This document shows, in pieces, positions 29,007 to 43,105 of a DNA stretch of 64,000 bases. The DNA comes from Chrysomallon squamiferum. Its lineage: Eukaryota > Animalia > Mollusca. The translations under genes and the position numbers were made by a program. A model generated the notes under the pieces. That model searched no databases. It was not told the DNA's origin and saw only the letters and a program-made list of their open reading frames with translations. Numbering within the stretch: the first letter of the stretch is position 1; each line of letters opens with the position of its first letter. The stretch is from NCBI GenBank assembly GCA_012295275.1, contig CM022677.1, positions 9,424,001 to 9,488,000 of the forward strand, written 5' to 3'.

Positions 29007-30528
29007 TTAATAGAACACTGGCTAACTGTGACTGTGTTAATAGAACACTGGCTAATTGTGTCTGTGTTAATAGAACACTGGCTAACTGTGACCGTGTTAA
29101 TAGAACACTGGCTAACTGTGACCGTGTTAATAGAACACTGGCTAACTGTGTCTGTGTTAATAGAACACTGGCTAATTGTGTCTGTGTTAATAGAACACTG
29201 GCTAATAGAACACTGCTAACTGTGATTGTGTTAAAAGAACACTGGCTGTGTTAATAGAACACTGGCTAATTGTGACTGTGTTAATATAACACTGGCTAAT
29301 TGTGACTGTGTTAATAGAACACTGGCTAACTGTCTGTGTTAATAGAACACTGGCTAACTGTGTCTGTGTTAATAGAACACTGGCTAACTGTGATTGTGTT
29401 AATAGAACACTGGCTAACTGTGATTGTGTTAATAGAACACTGGCTAACTGTGATCTGTGTTAAAAGAACACTGGCTAACTGTGATTGTGTTAATAGAACA
29501 CTGGCTAACTGTGATTGTGTTAATAGAACACTGCTAACTGTGATTGTGTTAATAGAACACTGGCTAACTGTGATTGTGTTAATAGAACACTGGCTAACTG
29601 TGTCTGTGTTAAAAGAACACTGGCTAACTGTGACTGTGTTAATAGAACACTGGCATCTGTGATTGTGTTAAAAGAACACTGGCTAACTGTGACTGTGTTA
29701 ATAGAACACTGGCCAACTATGATTGTGTTAAAAGAACACTGGCTAATTGTGACTGTGTTAATAGAACACTGGCTAACTGTGATTGTGTTAACAGAACACT
29801 GGCTAACTGTGACTGTGTTAATAGAACACTGCTAATTGTGTCTGTGTTAATAGAACACTGGCTAACTGTGACTGTGTTAATAGAACACTGGCTAATTGTG
29901 ACTGTGTTAATAGAACACTGGCTGATTGAGACTGTGTTAATAGAACACTGGCTAACTGTGACTGTGTTAATAGAACACTGGCTGATTGAGACTGTGTTAA
30001 TAGAACACTGGCTAACTGTGACTGTGTTAATAGAACACTGGCTAATTGTGACTGTGTTAATAGAACACTGGCTAACTGTGACTGTGTTAATAGAACACTG
30101 GCTAACTGTGACTGTGTTAATAGAACACTGGCATCTGTGACTGTGTTAATAGAACACTGGCTAATTGTGACTGTGTTAATAGAACACTGGCTAATTGTGA
30201 CTGTGTTAATAGAACACTGGCTAATTGTGACTGTGTTAATAGAACACTGGCTAACTGTGACTGTGTTAATAGAACACTGGCAACTGTGACTGTGTTAATA
30301 GAACACTGGCATCTGTGATTGTGTTAAAAGAACACTGGCTAACTGTGACTGTGTTAATAGAACACTGGCTAACTGTGATTGTGTTAATAGAACACTGGCC
30401 AACTGTGACTGTGTTAATAGAACACTGGCATCTGTGATTGTGTTAAAAGAACACTGGCAACTGTGTCTGTGTTAATAGAACACTGGCCAACTGTGATTGG
30501 GTTAATAGAACACTGGCTAAGTGTGTCT
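29007..30528. repeat. 30-bp minisatellite (TTAATAGAACACTGGCTAACTGTGACTGTG)
   Basis: About 50 tandem copies; source of the spurious LIEHWLTVTV ORFs. Confidence 0.97.
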
Positions 30529-32354
30529 GCAACGTAATTCTGCAGAAGGATGTGACAACATGTTATTTACCTGATTATCAGACTGTTAACACAGAAAGGA
30601 AAAGTGAAGTAGATTGATTAATGGATCAATCAGTCAGGATTTAACTGAAAACTATTTTTTATACATTTATTATTTAAGAATATAATTCACATTAGAAATA
30701 ACCACCACACAAGATTTATTTTCTGTTTTATTTACCTACCTACTTACCTGTCTACCTATCTACCTGCCTACTAACCTGTCTACCTGTCTACCTGCCTGTC
30801 TACCTGCCTGTCTACCTGCTACCTCTGTCTGTTTGTATCCTGTATACTTTCCACTATTTAACAACAAGAAATCACCTGCCATGACACCGAGCAGTGTGTG
30901 GAACAGGAAATCTGACTGTGCCATTCCTTCACTAAATAGCTACTGACATACTTGAATATGTGTCATAAAGATATTGTTATTGTCTGATCATTATCCAGTA
31001 TGATGTGACTGCTATTTAATTTCCCATTAACTGTCAATTAACCCCCCTAAAAAAAACCCCACCAAAAAACAACAATTGGCTATAAGTATCTGCTGTAACA
31101 AAATATCCTCTGTACATTATTCATTTTGTTGTTGTTGTTGTTGTTGTGATATGATAAGAACAGAAAAGACGTGAAGACGTGAACAGAAAAATAAATCAGT
31201 TAAGGGGCAGAGGTTGGACTGTGAAAAAGCCCTGTAGCCACATTAGAGAGAAATGATGGTGTGAGCCAACTGACAAATGCTGTAATCACTTACAATGTTG
31301 AAGTGTCTGTCTACAGGCTATGTCTACACAAGCAACATCTGCAATTTAACAGGTGAATAGTCAGCAGTTTTCACTTGATGGCCTTTTAGTAATTTCAGAC
31401 ATGGCTGATGTCTGGTGAGAAACCACTGTCTGTCATATGACTATCAGACAGGAAGCAGTCTCAGGTATCAATGTGATCTGGACAGACAACCATTATAGAT
31501 ATAAACATGTATATATATATATATACACATAAACAAACATATACACTCAAAGGCATACAAATATACAAATGTATACACTCACAGACATACATACACACAA
31601 CCTAATGCTCAAAAAACACCTAAAAACACACACAGACACACAAACACAAACAATACAAATATTCACACGTTCATCATACACTGAACTGTTAAGAAATGTG
31701 TTGGAAAACCTAGTACTGTGTTTAGATACATAAGTCAATTTTAATAACAAACACACAACTGTTTGTAACACATTTTATGTGTAAGAAAATCACAAACACT
31801 GCCTCTGATCATCTTGTTGACACTGGCAAACACAGGCAGTGACTAGGGAGATACTGGAATAGTCAACATCTTCAGACATACACTCTTAGCAACTGAACAA
31901 ATAATTTAACTAACTATAAACAGTTTCCTGGGTTTGACGCTTGAATTCTCCAAATTATTATAAAATATTTCATAAAGAGCGTAAAGTAATTTTCACTTTG
32001 TGCGTTATAAATTTAAAATATGACTTAAAGAATGTGTCAGCACATAAATAAGAAATTAAATATAAAAATAAATAAATTAATAAATAATGGACATTGGCTA
32101 CTAAAAGGTTATGAACCATATAAAATCTTTTTTGCCTGTTTTAAAACATTACTTGACATCCTTTGCTATGTAAAGAATCCAGACAAACATACACATAACT
32201 CATAGACACACACTTCTATATACAGACATACACATACAAACACCCGATACAAACATACACAGAAATATACACTCACAACAAATACAGGTTTTTTTCTGTC
32301 AGAGAGGTCAGTTTTCATAACAGAATACTGAACATTAACATACATACATGTATA

Positions 32355-32405
<51 letters not shown>

Positions 32406-33798
32406 ACAAATCAGTGTGAAATGAAAAAATCCAGTCACAGCAAGTCACTGATTGTGCAGGGCAGTGTGATGTTTCAATCTCTACAGGGTCTGTGATAATC
32501 CTCCACAGTTTACATCAACTGACAGAAAGTGTACGTCTTCTCTTTAGAAAAACACCAATCAAAATCATCCAACTAAATCACACACACACACACACACACA
32601 CACACAACTGTCAGTGTTAACCTGTCCTGCAATCTCATTTATGAGTTTATGTTTAGGTGTTTTAAATCAATGAAATTATCAGAACAGAAATCACATTATT
32701 TTAATTAATCTCTGAATCTGAGCAGAATGCCAGGTGAAGCTGAATAATTGTTAGGTTTTTCAAACAAGAAAAAAGGTTTTGTAAAATGTTTATTAAATTT
32801 TATTGTTGAACAGTTTACACCAAGCAGTAATAAAGCTCAACCTGAAGTGAAACAGAAAAATTAAATTTTGTTAGAAAAAAGAAGAAAAACAAAATCCTTC
32901 TAAAATATGTTTTTGAAGGTTATTGTTAATTCACTTTTATATGCATTAAGACTGAAGGATAAAAAAATTAAAATAAAAAAAGCAAAACAAAAAACTACCA
33001 TATTTCACAATTTTACACTAATACTGAAAGAAAGTTGAGCCAAAAAATTGTACAAGAATGATGAGTTGTTTGTTTTATTAGCTACAGAATGAATCAGCAA
33101 TGTCCAGTAACAATAATTATTTTCTCTCTCTCACTCTTTCCCACATCTGTTTATTAAATATGAATGGTGTGTTCTCTCTGTAGAAGTCATTTGTGTTTTT
33201 GATGTACGGTAAATCTGCACTCTCATGTGTCCAGTCTCACTGTCCACTTACAGGTCATTTTATACTTGTGGACACATACAGTGTATATTCCTTATCAAAC
33301 TTCACAATAATTTGGAATGTGTTTTAAAATGTAAATGTTTTTTTTAGTGCAATATTTTAAATTAACTGTGGACAGATTATTTTTTACGAAAGATGATTTT
33401 TTAATAGTGACTTTTGAATAAAATATTTATAATTAAGTCACATTTTATTAAAAAACACCAAAACACTGCACTATACCACTGTGTTACATCAAACTTACAG
33501 AATAAACAAACTGATTTAAACACACACATTATTAATATATACATATATACATAATTATATTTAAACATATTTCAAATTGAAAAAATAACTTTATAGTAAG
33601 AAAATTTTGTTATTTTGTTACAAACGAAAATTCATATATATATATATTTACTTTCATTTATAAGCTATACATTATATAAATATTTAACTGTATTTAAATA
33701 CATCAGAAATATTTAAAAAATAAAACTTCATATGTCTACTGTTTAGTTATCTTGTTACAAATGAAAAATTCATATACACCTAGTTAGTTTTGTGTAAT

Positions 33799-33834
<36 letters not shown>

Positions 33835-34316
33835 TGTATAAATATTTTTATATTACTTTAAATATATTACTTTCTATAACGAAAAATTATTTTCTTACAA
33901 ATGAAAAATTAATTTGATTATATTACATGTAATTTAGATATTTAAAGATAATTAAGTATATTGAACTCTTTCTTTCAACACAAGTTATTTCTTACAAATG
34001 AATAGTATATACATACTTACTGAGATTTAAAAAGGTCTGTTAAAATCCACACATCACATTTACATGAAGCCAGCACACAGAGCTGATAACAAAACTGTAA
34101 GCAGTTGTTTCAATCCAGTGATCATGATGGAACCAGAGAGAAGGACTCTTCAGGATGACAAAAGCCTGTGTAAAGTTAATCTGCAGAATCCTTCCATGTA
34201 TGATCCAATGAAAGCTGTCTCCACACACAGCCTCTGCAGCTTTGTCATAGTAATAAGTTAATCAATACACTGATCTCACGTCCAACTTTGGTAGTCATGG
34301 TGGCTCCAATGTAGCC

Positions 34317-35953
34317 GTGTGTGCAGTAAGAACCATAAATTTAGTGTGTGCAGTAAAAACTGTAAATTTAGTGTGTGCAGTAAAAACTGTAAATTTAGTG
34401 TGCAGTAAGAACCATAAATTTAGTGTGTGCAGTAAAAACTGTAAATTTAGTGTGTGCAGTAAAAACTGTAAATTTAGTGTGCAGTAAGAACCATAAATTT
34501 AGTGTGTGCAGTAAAAACTGTAAATTTAGTGTGTGCAATAAAAACTGTAAATTTAGTGTGTGCAGTAAAAATTGTAAATTTAGTGTGCAGTAAGAACTGT
34601 AAATTTAGTGTGTGCAGTAAAAACTGTAAATTTAGTGTGTGCAGTAAGAACCATAAATTTAGTGTGTGCAGTAAAAACTGTAAATTTAGTGTGTGCAGTA
34701 AAAACTGTAAATTTAGTGTGTGCAGTAAAAACTGTAAATTTAGTGTGTGCAGTAAGAACTGTAAATTTAGTGTGTGCAGTAAAAACTGTAAATTTAGTGT
34801 GTGCAGTAAGAACCATAAATTTAGTGTGTGCAGTAAAAATTGTAAATTTAGTGTGTGCAGTAAAAATTGTAAATTTAGTGTGCAGTAAGAACTGTAAATT
34901 TAGTGTGTGCAGTAAAAACTGTAAATTTAGTGTGTGCAGTAAAAACTGTAAATTTAGTGTGTGCAGTAAGAACTGTAAATTTAGTGTGTGCAGTAAAAAC
35001 TGTAAATTTAGTTTGCAGTAAAATACGTAAATTTAGTGTGTGCAGTAAGAACCATAAATTTAATGTGTGCAGTAAAAACTGTAAATTTAGTGTGTGCAGT
35101 AAGAACCATAAATTTAGTGTGTGCAGTAAAAATTGTAAATTTAGTGTGTGCAGTAAAAACTGTAAATTTAGTGTGCAGTAAGAACCATAAATTTAGTGTG
35201 TGCAGTAAGAACCATAAATTTAGTGTGCAGTAAAAACTGTAAATTTAGTGTGTGCAGTAAGAACCATAAATTTAGTGTGTGCAGTAAAAACTGTAAATTT
35301 AGTGTGTGCAGTAAAAACTGTAAATTTAGTGTGTGCAGTAAAAATTGTAAATTTAGTGTGCAGTAAGAACTGTAAATTTAGTGTGTGCAGTAAAAACTGT
35401 AAATTTAGTGTGTGCAGTAAAAACTGTAAATTTAGTGTGCAGTAAGAACTGTAAATTTAGTGTGTGCAGTAAAAACTGTAAATTTAGTTTGCAGTAAAAA
35501 ATGTAAATTTAGTGTGTGCAGTAAGAACCATAAATTTAGTGTGTGCAGTAAAAATTGTAAATTTAGTGTGTGCAGTAAAAACTGTAAATTTAGTGTGTGC
35601 AGTAAGAACCATAAATTTAGTGTGTGCAGTAAAAATTGTAAATTTAGTTTGCAGTAAAATACGTAAATTTAGTGTGTGCAGTAAGAACCATAAATTTAAT
35701 GTGTGCAGTAAAAACTGTAAATTTAGTGTGTGCAGTAAGAACCATAAATTTAGTGTGTGCAGTAAAAATTGTAAATTTAGTGTGTGCAGTAAAAACTGTA
35801 AATTTAGTGTGCAGTAAGAACCATAAATTGAGTGTGTGCAGTAAGAACCATAAATTTAGTGTGCAGTAAAAACAGTAAATTTAGTGTGTGCAGTAAAAAC
35901 TGTAAATTTAGTGTGTGCAGTAAGAACCATAAATTTAGTATGTGCAGTAAAAA
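34317..35953. repeat. 27/25-bp minisatellite (GTGTGTGCAGTAAAAACTGTAAATTTA)
   Basis: About 60 copies with interspersed variants (AAGAACCATA, AAAAATTGTA, 25-bp unit). Confidence 0.97.
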
Positions 35954-38706
35954 ACAAATTTAAAGTATTTTTTCAACAATAAAACATAAATTTTATAACA
36001 GAATCTGTTTCAAAAAAAGCAATATGTTTTTTAAAGTTAATTTTATTTCAATATAAAAAGTTATGTTTTTATAATGACAAAATAAAGATTATTTAAGTAA
36101 TTTTAAGATTCAAAAATAAAAGTAAACACAGTACACATGGACTCAATCTTTCAGTGTTGTGTGTTACTACGTTTTGTTAGTGTCCACAGTGTGGTCGACT
36201 CTGAAATACCAAACCTGCTTTTCTCCAGTGACGCATGGCTAACTACTGTCTAAATACAGAGTTTATGTTGTATAGAAAAGTGTAACGTCCTTTTTAAAAT
36301 ATTTTTTGTTACTTACTCATGTGTTTCTCAACAGGTTTATGTGAAAAAAAAATGTTTACAACAGAATAAGTGGAATTATATAGAATGCAAATAAGCTGAG
36401 AGAGATAAAACAAATACAGAGTAAAATGACAAACACCTATTAGGGTTATAATATTTTGAAATTTACAATTAAAAATGTTTGAATGCAGTAAGACTGCTTT
36501 ACTAATTCCTGTTACAGCTCCAAATATCTGATCTAACACAACAAGCTGACTGATTTGAACACAGTAACAGTCAATGTGTTTAACAGACTATGAGTACTAA
36601 TGGTCAACATTAATCCTACAGAAACTAATAAGAAGATTTACAACATCCAAAAAAGACCTCATTAAAATAATAATCTTTTACTTCATCAAAATCTTTCAAC
36701 TTGATACACATTTCTTTATATTTTGTTTTATAAAAAATAGTAACAACCAATAAATAGTAACCATGAAGTGGGTGTGTATCGATTCCATGAGCGTAAGATT
36801 AGCAATGACCATATAATGTGTCACCCATTAAAATGAGATAAGAACTTTTTAATTTTTTTATTTTTTAATTTTTTAAAATAATGGTTATAAAAATATACCT
36901 AGAAATACTTAAGAAACAGTTCACATTGGTCACAGGAATAATGCATGTTTGGGTTCTGTTAAAACTTCCTTCAGTAGTGACATGCATGAGGCTTCTTTCA
37001 TTCACGTGAAAAAAGAAATGCGCTCTAAATGTGTATAACAACAGAGTAAAAGTTTTATTTCAGTTCAGTAAGTTCAACTGATTTTGTTATTCCTATACAT
37101 CAAAACCAAACTGGTCTTACAAAACAGCAGTTTATTTATCTGAAAAAAAAATTCTTTTAACATCTAACATTACAAAATTTTATATAAATAAATAAATAAT
37201 GGACATTGGCTACTAAAAAGTTGTAAACCATATAAAATCAGAGGTCAATTTTTGCCTGTTTTAAAACATGACTATATATATATATATATATATATTACTG
37301 AAGTAAATACAGTTCCCTCACAAACAGCTGAACATACAGAAACATTGATGTAGTCAGGCAAGTGTGACTGTATATGTCTATAGCTAATGCTGTTTATCTA
37401 CTTTTTCATTCATATAAAGTTACTGACAATGAATATGACATTCCTATCATGTGTACATGTATATAAGTAATATATTAATTCTACTGCTGTACATAAAATT
37501 AACTATCATAAACTACATTTTATTTCACTATTAAGTTTTCTCTCTCCAGGTCTTTATAGTAGTTCTTAATTCTGGAAATATGTACTAGTGTTTTTTTCAT
37601 GGAGCAGAGTAAACCACTGCACAAAGTATGACATGCGTACAACACAGTCATACATAACAGCTCTCGCTGACGGTATGACATGCGTGCGACGACGTACAAG
37701 TCATACATAACAGCTCTCGCTGACTTCACACAGTTAAGACACCATGACATAATGTCAATTGTAGTTAATATAACAACTATTCATTAGTAACACAGTACAT
37801 CAAATTCTGAAACTAAAATATCAGGCTACATAAAAACAACAACTTCTTAATGATAACAATAATAAGGAAAGAATGAGAATAACTTAGTATTTTGTTAGAC
37901 TGTCTATCAATCTGTACAGATTTGTTCATTCTTTCCTTAAATAATTAGAATATCTGTAATACAAAATCCATTTTTAGTAATTCAAAGTGAAAAATTAAGC
38001 ATTTATACAGACTTTACATGCATAGAAATTAATAAGAGATTTCAGTGTTTACACATAGATGTGTATAAGATTTTATTCTAAAACATTTCTCTCTGACAAA
38101 GACTTGTAAAAAGTATTTTCCTGATGAAGGGTTACAGAATACTGATAATCCAAACTTTGTTATATTCTCAGTCAAAGAATCCAGCAAAGTTAATAAAATA
38201 TTCAAAAGGAACTACTAAATCTCATCTGGTTTTAGCTAACAAAATATGTCTACAAAACTGATATTGAAAATACATTAGTTGCCATGCTGACAGAAACAAA
38301 AAGGATATTAAATTATTTACAAATAGCAAACAGTAACAAAAACTGACTAGACAGTAATAACATTAATCAGCAGTGAGACTGACAGAATTTTTACTTACAT
38401 ATAAATGTCAACCAAATGTCAACGATTTATGATGAATTATTAATAATTTACATTTATTCTAAAACATTATGTCTGACAAATATTTTGTTTCTTTTCTGTA
38501 CTAAAAACAATGGCAGAAATTATAAACAGACTGATAAAAGCCAGTAACAGAAAGGTTTATGAAGATATCTGCCTACTCTGATTTAAAAAAGTACTTTCCA
38601 TTTAATAACAACTGTTCTGTTTCTTTATAATTAATAAAATTATAATAATATTAAATAATAATAATAAATAATATTTATTTATTTATAAAAAGGTTTTTTT
38701 TTTTTA

Positions 38707-38754
<48 letters not shown>

Positions 38755-39558
38755 AAAACAGAATTTTACCTGTCTTTTTTTAAACCTGGTAACCTTGGTT
38801 AAAAATTGGATTATAAAGAAATAAAATTAAAATATATCTTATCATATTCTGGTCACGCTGACAAACAACCTACCAGGTTTTCACTATGTGTATTGAGGAA
38901 TAAATAATTGCATTCTCCAGATTTCTTTTGATTTAGTTCATACAATGCTTACAATGCTGTTCTTCTTTCAGCTTCTTAACTCATCCGTAACCCATTTTGT
39001 ATGAAAATCATGGGTTTTTTCTAAATATAACATGATCTATTTTTAATTCCAAACTGTGATTTAATACATGGGATACAAACAGCATGTTTGTGTTTTGTTG
39101 TTGGATGTAACCCAGTCATAGTTTAGTGTCTTTTCTTGTTTCAGTTTTATATTTCTGTTGCCCGAGTCAGAAACACTTTGCTATTTGCCTGCAACCATCA
39201 TTGAAATGAGTATTGCTGATCAGCTTGTTTTGATTATGCTAATCCCCCAAAATACAAGCTTTACAAACAGCCTCATAATCTACAAATAATACTTTTAGCT
39301 CATGTTTAAGACTTGCAACTGTTTCAAAAAAAAAATGAAAAAAAAAATTAAAAAAAAAACATATTTCACAATTTTAAGTGGCAGCACAGATATTTATTTG
39401 TGCTATTTGTCTTTTATTTACATGCACTTTGCTATTAGTTATGAACAGACATGGATGAATGAAATCTCTTGAAAACAGTGGACTACCTGTGTCAGAATTC
39501 TGGTACCTGGACACAGCTAAACCTGAGCCAGCAAACAAACAGACACCGATGCAGAGAA

Positions 39559-39589
<31 letters not shown>

Positions 39590-39946
39590 CACACTGACAG
39601 ACACACACTGACAGACACACGCTGACACACACAGACACACACTGACAGACACACACTGACACACACAGATACACACTGACAGGCACAAACATACTGCTAA
39701 TGCTGTTTACAGCTGCACTGTTATCACTGTAAGGCCAGAACAGTTGTTAGTGTGACAAGTCTTTCCTCAATTATAAATCCTGGAATTAGTTCAGTTGACT
39801 CTATTAATAAAAATTCTAAATGTTTATTTACTGGATAAATCAAGAAATAATTATGTAACACATGGACTTTAATTATGTAACACATGGTCCAGCCAATGCC
39901 ATCATAATAAACCACTGCTTGTAATCAACCTCCCTGCAATTCTCTA

Positions 39947-41995
39947 TCACTGGAACATGCAGCAGTGTCATACAGATATTAACTGTCACTGGAACATGCA
40001 GCAGTGTCAGACAGATGTTAACTGTCACTGGAACATGCAGCAGTGTCAGACAGATATTAACTGTCACTGGAACATGCAGCAGTGTCAGACAGATGTTAAC
40101 TGTCACTGGAACATGCAGCAGTGTCAGACAGATGTTAACTGTCACTGGAACATGCAGCAGTGTCAGACAGATGTTAACTGTCACTGGAACATGCAGCAGT
40201 GTCAGACAGATGTTAACTGTCACTGGAACATGCAGCAGTGTCAGACAGATGTTAACTGTCACTGGAACATGCAGCAGTGTCAGACAGATGTTAACTGTCA
40301 CTGGAACATGCAGCAGTGTCAGACAGATGTTAACTGTCACTGGAACATGCAGCAGTGTCAGACAGATGTTAACTGTCACTGGAACATGCAGCAGTGTCAG
40401 ACAGATGTTAACTGTCACTGGAACATGCAGCAGTGTCAGACAGATGTTAACTGTCACTGGAACATGCAGCAGTGTCAGACAGATGTTAACTGTCACTGGA
40501 ACATGCAGCAGTGTCAGACAGATGTTAACTGTCACTGGAACATGCAGCAGTGTCAGACAGATGTTAACTGTCACTGGAACATGCAGCAGTGTCAGACAGA
40601 TGTTAACTGTCACTGGAACATGCAGCAGTGTCAGACAGATGTTAACTGTCACTGGAACATGCAGCAGTGTCAGACAGATGTTAACTGTCACTGGAACATG
40701 CAGCAGTGTCAGACAGATGTTAACTGTCACTGGAACATGCAGCAGTGTCAGACAGATGTTAACTGTCACTGGAACATGCAGCAGTGTCAGACAGATGTTA
40801 ACTGTCACAGAACATGCAGCAGTGTCAGACAGATGTTAACTGTCACTGGAACATGCAGCAGTGTCAGACAGATGTTAACTGTCACTGGAACATGCAGCAG
40901 TGTCAGACAGATGTTAACTGTCACTGGAACATTAGTGTCAGACAGATGTTAACTGTCACTGGAACATGCAGCAGTGTCAGACAGATATTAACTATCACTG
41001 GAACATGCAGCAGTGTCAGACAGATATTAACTATCACTGGAACATGCAGCAGTGTCAGACAGATGTTAACTGTTGGAACATGCAGCAGTGTCAGACAGAT
41101 GTTAACTGTCACTGGAACATGCAGCAGTGTCAGACAGATGTTAACTGTCACTGGAACATGCAGCAGTGTCAGACAGATTAACTGTCACTGGAACATGCAG
41201 CAGTGTCAGACAGATGTTAACTGTCACTGGAACATGCAGCAGTGTCAGACAGATGTTAACTGTCACTGGAACATGCAGCAGTGTCAGACAGATGTTAACT
41301 TCACTGGAACATGCAGCAGTGTCAGACAGATGTTAACTGTCACTGGAACATGCAGCAGTGTCAGACAGATGTTAACTGTCACTGGAACATGCAGCAGTGT
41401 CAGACAGATGTTAACTGTCACTGGAACATGCAGCAGTGTCAGACAGATGTTAACTGTCACTGGAACATGCAGCAGTGTCAGACAGATGTTAACTGTCACT
41501 GGAACATGCAGCAGTGTCAGACAGATGTTAACTGTCACTGGAACATGCAGCAGTGTCAGACAGATGTTAACTGTCACTGGAACATGCAGCAGTGTCAGAC
41601 AGATATTAACTGTCACTGGAACATGCAGCAGTGTCAGACAGATGTTAACTGTCACTGGAACATGCAGCAGTGTCAGACAGATATTAACTGTCACTGGAAC
41701 ATGCAGCAGTGTCAGACAGATATTAACTGTCACTGGAACATGCAGCAGTGTCAGACAGATGTTAACTGTCACTGGAACATGCAGCAGTGTCAGACAGATA
41801 TTAACTGTCACTGGAACATGCAGCAGTGTCAGACAGATATTAACTGTCACTGGAACATGCAGCAGTGTCAGACAGATATTAACTGTCACTGGAACATGCA
41901 GCAGTGTCAGACAGATATTAACTGTCACTGGAACATGCAGCAGTGTCAGACAGATATTAACTGTCACTGGAACATGCAGCAGTGTCAGACAGATG
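39947..41995. repeat. 39-bp highly homogeneous minisatellite (TCACTGGAACATGCAGCAGTGTCAGACAGATGTTAACTG)
   Basis: About 52 copies; source of the long MQQCQTDVNCHWN, TVNICLTLLHVPV and TGTCSSVRQMLTV ORFs. Confidence 0.98.
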
Positions 41996-42310
41996 TAAAG
42001 TGGTGAAGGATGCCAGTTTTACAGTGACAGTCTGAAGATTTGTGAGATTACCCCTGCCTGTCCTCTCTCTGACTTTTCAAATGTGACAAATATCTTATTA
42101 CATGTTGCATTACTGAATGAACTTCTGAAGCTCTGTATCTCTGTTATCATTAATAAAAACCTGTTATTCACAAATGAAGATAATAATAACTGTTACATGT
42201 CAGAATGTACATCTAGTACCTGATATATGTCCACTGGTACTGCATTAAACTATTTGTGCTCATCAAGTCAGATTTTCTTCAATGAATTGAAATTCACTGT
42301 AAAATTAATA

Positions 42311-43105
42311 CCATATATACTTGTGTATAAGTCGAATTTTTGGGAGACTATATTAAGGTAATATTTTGGGGGTTGACTTATACATAGGTAATGCTTTTGT
42401 AGCTGTTGCTGAAGAGTTGCCATTTTGACTATTTTTTGCTATGGGATGCATCTAAAATAATCGCGGTCTTTCAGCTTTTTTAAAAAATATAATTTTATCA
42501 TATAAATTTTTTTTTAAATTAAATAACAAAACCAAATATGAATGTAAAACATGAAATTCTTCCGTTTAATGACATTAAAAATACATTTTAAAGCGAGAAA
42601 ACCGTCAGTACGGCGTTATGCCTTACGGCATCTTGCAATGATCTAGGAATGCAGACTTCTCTGCCAAATTGCACTAAATATCGGTCCTAATTTCATAAAC
42701 AAAACTCACTTGTTTAATTGTAAAGAATTTGGTGAAATAATACTGCAATCATCATTAATATCCACTACCGACAAATTTTGTAAATCATAGAACGGCTAAA
42801 TATAATGGTAAGTTAGGTCTCCATGTTAGACCTATTACATTAAAGAGATACTATTTAAGATACATTTAGGCTAAAGCTCATGTAATACATGCATTTACGT
42901 TATTATGGTATGTTCGTGCAAGTTATGTTACAGTAGGCGTACAATGTAGGCCTACATGGCACTGTCACACTGGTCTAAAAATAGTGACGGTGCCTGGAAT
43001 CTACAGTCAACTTATACACAAGTAATACCTACAATGGCACAATTTTTGGTCTTAAAATACACATCGACTTATACATAAGGTCGCCTTGTACACAAGTATA
43101 TACAG
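42311..43105. mobile_element. Tc1/mariner superfamily (Tc2-like) MITE, ~795 bp
   Basis: TA|CCATATATACTTGTGTATAAGTCGA ... TCGCCTTGTACACAAGTATATACAG|TA: 25-bp TIR of CCGTATATACT type, TA target duplication, internal GACTTATACA subterminal motifs, no long ORF. Confidence 0.8.

Noticed and set aside
34240-34305. Perfect GCCACCATG on the minus strand
   Set aside because: ORF is only 17 codons and the nearby donor is phase 1, incompatible with the NAXE exon.
29007-35953. Repeat arrays as CRISPR arrays or repeat proteins
   Set aside because: Head-to-tail units without unique spacers, no cas genes, eukaryotic intron context; frames are broken by 25-bp and 29-bp variants.
32070-37270. ~85-bp sequence shared by ~32070-32150 and ~37185-37270
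   Set aside because: Short dispersed repeat fragment with no diagnostic structure.
38118-38160. Hammerhead-like CTGATGAAGGGTTA...TAATCCAAAC (also a weak one near 18303-18330)
   Set aside because: The essential GAAA core is missing and there are no convincing stems I/III.
39873-42006. Long ORFs of 227-394 aa with Cys/His/Trp repeats
   Set aside because: Translations of a 39-bp minisatellite, open on both strands, with frame-breaking indels and no unique coding flanks.
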